A DNA stretch of 64,000 nt, taken from assembly GCA_002010065.2 (NCBI GenBank), contig MTMD02000015.1, forward strand, positions 1 through 64,000. The letters are read 5' to 3'. Made by a program: the position numbers and the translations under genes. This DNA is from Candidatus Pyrohabitans jungbluthii. Lineage in GTDB: Archaea > Hydrothermarchaeota > Hydrothermarchaeia > Hydrothermarchaeales > BMS3B. This document shows positions 59,036-64,000 of this stretch, piece by piece (positions within the stretch are counted from its first letter, which is position 1; every line of letters begins with the position of its first letter). The notes beneath the pieces were generated by a model, which ran no database searches, was not told the origin of the DNA, and was given only the letters and a program-made list of their open reading frames with translations.

Positions 59036-61426
59036 TTACAGCGCAGCTGCAAGCGCCTCGGCAGCAGCGCGGGTTTCTGTCCTGGTCTTACCAGCGACGA
59101 TTATTGCATACTTGCCGCTGGCAAAGGCATCGGCAATTACCTCTATGTCGCCATCGCTGGTTTCCCAGTTAACTGTGCTCTTCCCTGCTTCCACGAGGCT
59201 TGCGGTAAGCTTGTTCGCCACTGGTCCGCCGATAAGGACAAGGTTCATGTCCTTGTTAGCGGTGTCCTCGTCGACTATCTCGAGCTCTGGAGCCTTCTCT
59301 TCGCCACCGACTGCTGTAACAGTTATCGTCTCCGTGAGGAATTCCTTGTAGGGTTTCTTACCGGACCTCAGCTTTGAACCGCTGCTAACAGTGGTCTCCT
59401 CTGAGGTTCTAATCTTAAGCAGGTTGTTGTCATCATCGTACTCAACGGTATAAAGGGTATCCGGAACCTCAACAATCTCCTCGTCTTCCACTGTGAGGGT
59501 GGAGCTCCTGAACTCGAAGATAACATTGCTCGTGCTGGTTATGTCGCTGGGAGCCTTCACCTTCGCATAGCCAAGGACACCCTCGTCACCATCCTCAAAG
59601 GTAACAGTAGCGTCAGGGTCTACATAGCCGATGGTTATCGCTGAGTTGTCATCCACCGCACGAGCAACAAGGAAATCGCCGGAGAATATGTCCTTAACCT
59701 TATCGTCCTTGTCCGCGGTCACCCAGTCGCCTACAGCTTTACCAGTGAAGTTGTAGTAGTACAGCGAGCCATCTATCCATATACCAGCCAAGTTCGTGGT
59801 GCTGTTGTAGCTGTAGAAAGCAACCTCCTTGCCCTCAATTGTAATCTTGTTGGAAAGATCACTGGACTTGGGTATGGTCTTCTTGGAGATTATACCCATC
59901 TTTATTGTGTCCGCATCAGTGTCAATCTTGCTAACAAAGTACTGCTTGTCCCTGATCTTGGCTGTGCTACCATCCACGTACTTTAATACCTCTTTCTCAG
60001 TGGCTTTGAGGCGGTATGCAAAGGTAACATCTACCGACTTGCCGCCTTCCTCATAGTACATGAAGTCGTACAACAGGTAATCATCGTCATACTCTGGCGA
60101 GCCATCACCGTCTTCGTCAAAGTACAGCTTCACCGAATTGGTCGAAGAATTGCCAGACGCATAATCAGTTATTGTCTGATCTGCTCCAGGATCATCTGCA
60201 CTATCGCTGTCCAAGTCCTTGCTACCCCACTCTATCCTGAGGTCTTCGCCGACTGCTGTAACGGTTATTGTCTCTTTGAGGAATTCCTTGTAGGGTTTCT
60301 TACCGGACCTCAGCTTTGAACCGCTGCTAACAGTGGTCTCCTCTGAGGTTCTAATCTTAAGCAGGTTGTTGTCATCATCGTACTCAACGGTATAAAGGGT
60401 ATCCGGAACCTCAACAATCTCCTCGTCTTCCACTGTGAGGGTGGAGCTCCTGAACTCGAAGATAACATTGCTCGTGCTGGTTATGTCGCTGGGAGCCTTC
60501 ACCTTCGCATAGCCAAGGACACCCTCGTCACCATCCTCAAAGGTAACAGTAGCGTCAGGGTCTACATAGCCGATGGTTATCGCTGAGTTGTCATCCACCG
60601 CACGAGCAACAAGGAAATCGCCGGAGAATATGTCCTTAACCTTATCGTCCTTGTCCGCGGTCACCCAGTCGCCTACAGCTTTACCAGTGAAGTTGTAGTA
60701 GTACAGCGAGCCATCTATCCATATACCAGCCAAGTTCGTGGTGCTGTTGTAGCTGTAGAAAGCAACCTCCTTGCCCTCAATTGTAATCTTGTTGGAAAGA
60801 TCACTGGACTTGGGTATGGTCTTCTTGGAGATTATACCCATCTTTATTGTGTCCGCATCAGTGTCAATCTTGCTAACAAAGTACTGCTTGTCCCTGATCT
60901 TGGCTGTGCTACCATCCACGTACTTTAATACCTCTTTCTCAGTGGCTTTGAGGCGGTATGCAAAGGTAACATCTACCGACTTGCCGCCTTCCTCATAGTA
61001 CACTATGTTATACAGCTTGTAGTCATCGTCATACTCCGGTGAACCATCGCCATCTGCATCAAACCAGAGTGTCACGGAAGCATTGCCAGCCGTATAATCA
61101 CTAACACTTACATCCGCATTGTCATTGGTGGAATTTCCATCGCTGTTCAGATCCGGAGATGCCCACTCAATCTTTATATCGCCACCGACTCCGCTCACCT
61201 TCAGCTTCTCCGCCACAGCATCCTTAATTACCTCAGCGCTGGCAGTGTCAGCGTCCTTGCCAGGCGCGTCTTTGCCCACCACAAGCTGTGCCTTTGCCTC
61301 ACCGTTCTTTGCCAGCATGTCAGGCGAAAAATCGCTGGGCACACTTACCGCACTGGCTAAACCTACGGTTGCCCCAATAAACAGAGCACCCGTCGCAATC
61401 GCTCCTATTTTCTTCAAACTTACCAT
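59036..61426 (-). CDS. S-layer protein (Thermococcales/Methanococcales type) with internal tandem duplication
   Basis: LKKIGAIATGA signal, VVG..A..D..SA N-terminal domain, NLVLIGGPVAN..T and IVAG..R..TR C-terminal domain. Confidence 0.88.
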   Translation of the reverse strand: MVSLKKIGAIATGALFIGATVGLASAVSVPSDFSPDMLAKNGEAKAQLVVGKDAPGKDADTASAEVIKDAVAEKLKVSGVGGDIKIEWASPDLNSDGNSTNDNADVSVSDYTAGNASVTLWFDADGDGSPEYDDDYKLYNIVYYEEGGKSVDVTFAYRLKATEKEVLKYVDGSTAKIRDKQYFVSKIDTDADTIKMGIISKKTIPKSSDLSNKITIEGKEVAFYSYNSTTNLAGIWIDGSLYYYNFTGKAVGDWVTADKDDKVKDIFSGDFLVARAVDDNSAITIGYVDPDATVTFEDGDEGVLGYAKVKAPSDITSTSNVIFEFRSSTLTVEDEEIVEVPDTLYTVEYDDDNNLLKIRTSEETTVSSGSKLRSGKKPYKEFLKETITVTAVGEDLRIEWGSKDLDSDSADDPGADQTITDYASGNSSTNSVKLYFDEDGDGSPEYDDDYLLYDFMYYEEGGKSVDVTFAYRLKATEKEVLKYVDGSTAKIRDKQYFVSKIDTDADTIKMGIISKKTIPKSSDLSNKITIEGKEVAFYSYNSTTNLAGIWIDGSLYYYNFTGKAVGDWVTADKDDKVKDIFSGDFLVARAVDDNSAITIGYVDPDATVTFEDGDEGVLGYAKVKAPSDITSTSNVIFEFRSSTLTVEDEEIVEVPDTLYTVEYDDDNNLLKIRTSEETTVSSGSKLRSGKKPYKEFLTETITVTAVGGEEKAPELEIVDEDTANKDMNLVLIGGPVANKLTASLVEAGKSTVNWETSDGDIEVIADAFASGKYAIIVAGKTRTETRAAAEALAAAL
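59335..61002. repeat. Direct repeat: 59335-60060 = 60277-61002 (726 bp, offset 942)
   Basis: Appears identical on manual comparison; the ORF track gives identical shadow ORFs at 59829 and 60771. Confidence 0.9.
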
Positions 61427-61481
61427 ACTTATCCTACCTCCTTTCAGGGGTACCTCCTCTTCGTATATCTAACCCAAACCC

Positions 61482-61559
61482 CGGTATTTATACCTTTCGC
61501 ATATTTCCCGGGGTAGTTAACAGGGTGAGTTCATAGGAAGGCGGTATATAAACCTTTCG
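61482..61559 (-). promoter_or_regulatory. Tandem BRE-TATA promoters for the S-layer gene
   Basis: CGAAAGGTTTATATACCG (61542-61559) and CGAAAGGTATAAATACCG (61482-61499), 60 bp apart. Confidence 0.7.
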
Positions 61560-61687
61560 AAGCGCGCCGGGGTTGCACTAAATCCGCCTCTTATCTCCTT
61601 TTGAGTAGGTTGGACACCTCAGGCTTGGCATATATATAGGTGAGGATAGCTAATAGCTATAATCCATTAGATATATGGAGGCAACAT

Positions 61688-62182
61688 ATGGAAAGCACCA
61701 CTCAGGTCCTCACAGGCGCACCCCCGGAGCTGGTTGTTATTGTAATCGCCGCATTACCCGTATCTGAGCTTCGAGGAGCTATACCCATGGCTCTGAAGAT
61801 ATACGGGATGAGCCCTTGGAAGAGTTACATACTCGCGGTGTTTGGAAACCTCTTACCCGTGCCGGTGTTGCTTTTATTCCTCGGCAGGGTTGAAAGCTAC
61901 CTGAGGAGCAGGTTTTCAATTTTTGATAGCTTTTTCTCCTGGCTTTTTTCAAGGACGAGAAGGAGAACCAAGGATAAGGTGGAAAAGTACGGCGCCCTGG
62001 GTTTGGTGCCCTTCGTAGCATTGCCACTGCCGGTGACGGGAGCGTGGACCGGCGTAGCCGCAGCCTACGTGTTTGGAATAAGGTTCCGCTACGCCTTCCC
62101 TGCGATAGCGCTGGGCGTGATAATAGCTGGGGTTATTGTCACCCTTGCATCCCTGGGCGCGCTAAGCATCATCGGGATGTGA
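61688..62182 (+). CDS. COG2426 small multidrug-export-like membrane protein
   Basis: LPVSELRGAIP, GNLLPVP, FVALPLPVTGAWTG. Confidence 0.88.
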   Translation: MESTTQVLTGAPPELVVIVIAALPVSELRGAIPMALKIYGMSPWKSYILAVFGNLLPVPVLLLFLGRVESYLRSRFSIFDSFFSWLFSRTRRRTKDKVEKYGALGLVPFVALPLPVTGAWTGVAAAYVFGIRFRYAFPAIALGVIIAGVIVTLASLGALSIIGM

Positions 62183-63034
62183 GCTCCGCAAGAGATGCGT
62201 ACCGTCGCAGCTCCGCGCTGTGTTCAACCTAAAACCTTCACGACAGGTGGCGAAGGTTATCCCGTGCTTATCGCATGCGTCGCGCACGCGTTGCATGAGC
62301 TTAAAGCGCACTTCTCTGGGTAGGTAGTATGAGTTCTGAATCCTCTCCCCCTTCTCAAAGTAAAGCTCTTTTAGATTCACCGCAGATTCGGGGAAAGCTT
62401 TGCTAAAGCGGCGCCAGGAGTCGGGGCGAGGTTTAAAGGTAGAGGAGGTTACATGGGCTACGCCTATGTCGGCAAGCTCTTTAACCAAGGCGCTTAAATC
62501 ATCGTTTATCCCGGGGATAATCGGGTCGATTCTGCACGCCACTGGTATGCCGCGTTCCGCCAAGCTTTGCAGGGTGCGCAGCCTGCGCTCAGGCGGAGGT
62601 GCGAAGGGCTCAAGCCTCGCTGCGATGCCCTCATCGAGGGTGGTTATGGTCATAGCCACGGCTGCGCGCATCTCCGCAAGCAGGTCAGCATCTCTCACCA
62701 CTAGGTCCCCCTTTGTAATTATCTCCACCCCGAAATTAAAATCCTTCAAAAGCTTCAGGCAAGCTCTGGTTTGCCTGTAATCTCTCTCCAGTGGCTGGTA
62801 GGGGTCTGAGCTGTTGGAGATAGTAACAGGTATGCGCGGGTCGAGTTTCGCTATGTCGCGCTTAACCTGCTTCAACAGGTTCTTCTTCAACCTCGCCTCA
62901 AAGCCGCGTGGGATGTAGCTGGTGATGTAGCAGTACACGCAGCTATGCGAGCACCCCGTATATGGGTTCAGCGAGTACTTTCGCGGGCAGGTGCACAGCT
63001 TCGAACGCCAGGGGTCAAATAGGGAGATTGCCAT
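62162..63034 (-). CDS. Radical SAM protein (SplB/COG1533-like)
   Basis: LNPYTGCSHSCVYCY, SDPYQPLE, extra N-terminal CTC and C-terminal CREG..CDG. Confidence 0.85.
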   Translation of the reverse strand: MAISLFDPWRSKLCTCPRKYSLNPYTGCSHSCVYCYITSYIPRGFEARLKKNLLKQVKRDIAKLDPRIPVTISNSSDPYQPLERDYRQTRACLKLLKDFNFGVEIITKGDLVVRDADLLAEMRAAVAMTITTLDEGIAARLEPFAPPPERRLRTLQSLAERGIPVACRIDPIIPGINDDLSALVKELADIGVAHVTSSTFKPRPDSWRRFSKAFPESAVNLKELYFEKGERIQNSYYLPREVRFKLMQRVRDACDKHGITFATCREGFRLNTARSCDGTHLLRSSHPDDA

Positions 63035-63035
63035 G

Positions 63036-63596
63036 CTACGGGAAGGGCTTCTTCCAGAGCGACATCAATCTCTTCTCTTTGAGCTCTCTAGCCTTGCGGT
63101 CAAGGAAGCGGTAGACTGCGCTGTGGGGCTTGCCCTGCACCAGCATGAGCACAGCCTCGCGGGCAACCTGCACCTCCTCAATAGGGCCAATAATTGCAAC
63201 GCTCTTGCCGTAGACGCTGACGTTTGTGCCTGTGGTTTCCTCTATGTAGCGCCGCGTTTTGCCTTTCGTGCCTATTATGCGCGCCTTCTGGCGGATAATC
63301 GCCTTGGGGGTGCGCAGATACTCGCTCAGGTCGATAAGCTCCAGCATGTAATCCTCATGGGTGAGCTTCATTGCCTTCTCTGGGCTCATACCACGAGCTA
63401 TCGCTCGTACAATATCGCGGGCTGTCCACGTAGCTAGTGGCTCGCCCCCGGCGTTCTCTATGGTAACCATGCCCTCCTTATCCACTGTGATCTTAACCTT
63501 CAGCTCGGCTTCAATCCTGCGCTTTACCTCACCTCCCTTACCGATAAGCACACCTATTCTTTCCTTAGGAATCCTCAGGTACTCCACCTTCACCAC
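63036..63596 (-). CDS. KH-domain pre-rRNA processing protein (Dim2/Pno1-like)
   Basis: RIGVLIGKGG, RIIGTKGKTR, G.PHSAVY; follows the RIO kinase. Confidence 0.9.
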   Translation of the reverse strand: MVKVEYLRIPKERIGVLIGKGGEVKRRIEAELKVKITVDKEGMVTIENAGGEPLATWTARDIVRAIARGMSPEKAMKLTHEDYMLELIDLSEYLRTPKAIIRQKARIIGTKGKTRRYIEETTGTNVSVYGKSVAIIGPIEEVQVAREAVLMLVQGKPHSAVYRFLDRKARELKEKRLMSLWKKPFP

Positions 63597-64000
63597 CGCA
63601 TGAAGTTATGTAATTATAAACCTCATCATAATCTACAGGAAAATACCTTCTGAAATACCTCACCAGATTAGCGATGTCGCGGTGCAGAAATTCTGATGCA
63701 TAGGGGTGCTCCCTCACCACACCCGAGGAGAGGTCTATTATCACCGGAAGGTCATCCTTAACTAAGATGTTATACTCGCTAAGATCAGCGTGCACAAGGT
63801 TTGCGCGGCAGTAGAGCTTTTTAACATTGGCTAGAAGGTCTCTGAAGAACTCCTCTGGCTGAGAAAGCCCCACATTCTTGAGCATTGGTGACGGCGTGGA
63901 ATCACTGCCTATAAACTCCATGATGATGACGTTGTTCTTAAAGGCAACTGGCTTAGGCACGCGCACACCGTTGAGATAAGCCCGCTCCAGGTTTTTAAAC
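63565..64000 (-). CDS. rio1: RIO1-family serine kinase (C-terminal part; runs off the window edge)
   Basis: VRVPKP...IMEFIG, LVHADLSEYNIL, IIDLS, FLHRDI.N. Confidence 0.88.
   Translation of the reverse strand, partial: FKNLERAYLNGVRVPKPVAFKNNVIIMEFIGSDSTPSPMLKNVGLSQPEEFFRDLLANVKKLYCRANLVHADLSEYNILVKDDLPVIIDLSSGVVREHPYASEFLHRDIANLVRYFRRYFPVDYDEVYNYITSCGGEGGVPEDS

Overview
Gene-dense archaeal chromosomal window. The gene mix (TFB, ACDS/Cdh subunits, MfnB, Thermococcales-type S-layer and CGP-CTERM anchor) suggests an anaerobic euryarchaeote-type organism, possibly Ca. Hydrothermarchaeota (inference only). Most of it is housekeeping or metabolic: glnA, tfb, cdhC-cooC-cdhD-FeS-cdhE, hisS, ilvA, truA, glyA, AOR, mfnB, purC, metG, nrdJ-cobO, ABC exporter, fumarate reductase A/B, S-layer, tRNA-Phe and tRNA-Lys. 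Features the ORF track misses or does not explain: (1) a free-standing, highly structured 214-nt RNA gene (34913-35126, minus) with its own BRE/TATA, closed by a perfect bulge-helix-bulge motif and predicted to be excised as a ~195-nt circular RNA; (2) an operon for a heme-c sensor kinase, a DNA-binding response regulator, an LVIVD lipoprotein and a thioredoxin-fold protein, upstream of a CGP-CTERM octaheme HAO-family cytochrome; (3) a 36-aa CbpA-like RiPP precursor next to its radical SAM maturase; (4) short GTTACCC...GGGTGAC palindromes, two of them in-frame inside genes; (5) metG apparently starting at AUA; (6) an apparently identical 726-bp block duplicated inside the S-layer gene. All calls come from reading motifs by eye; no database searches were run.
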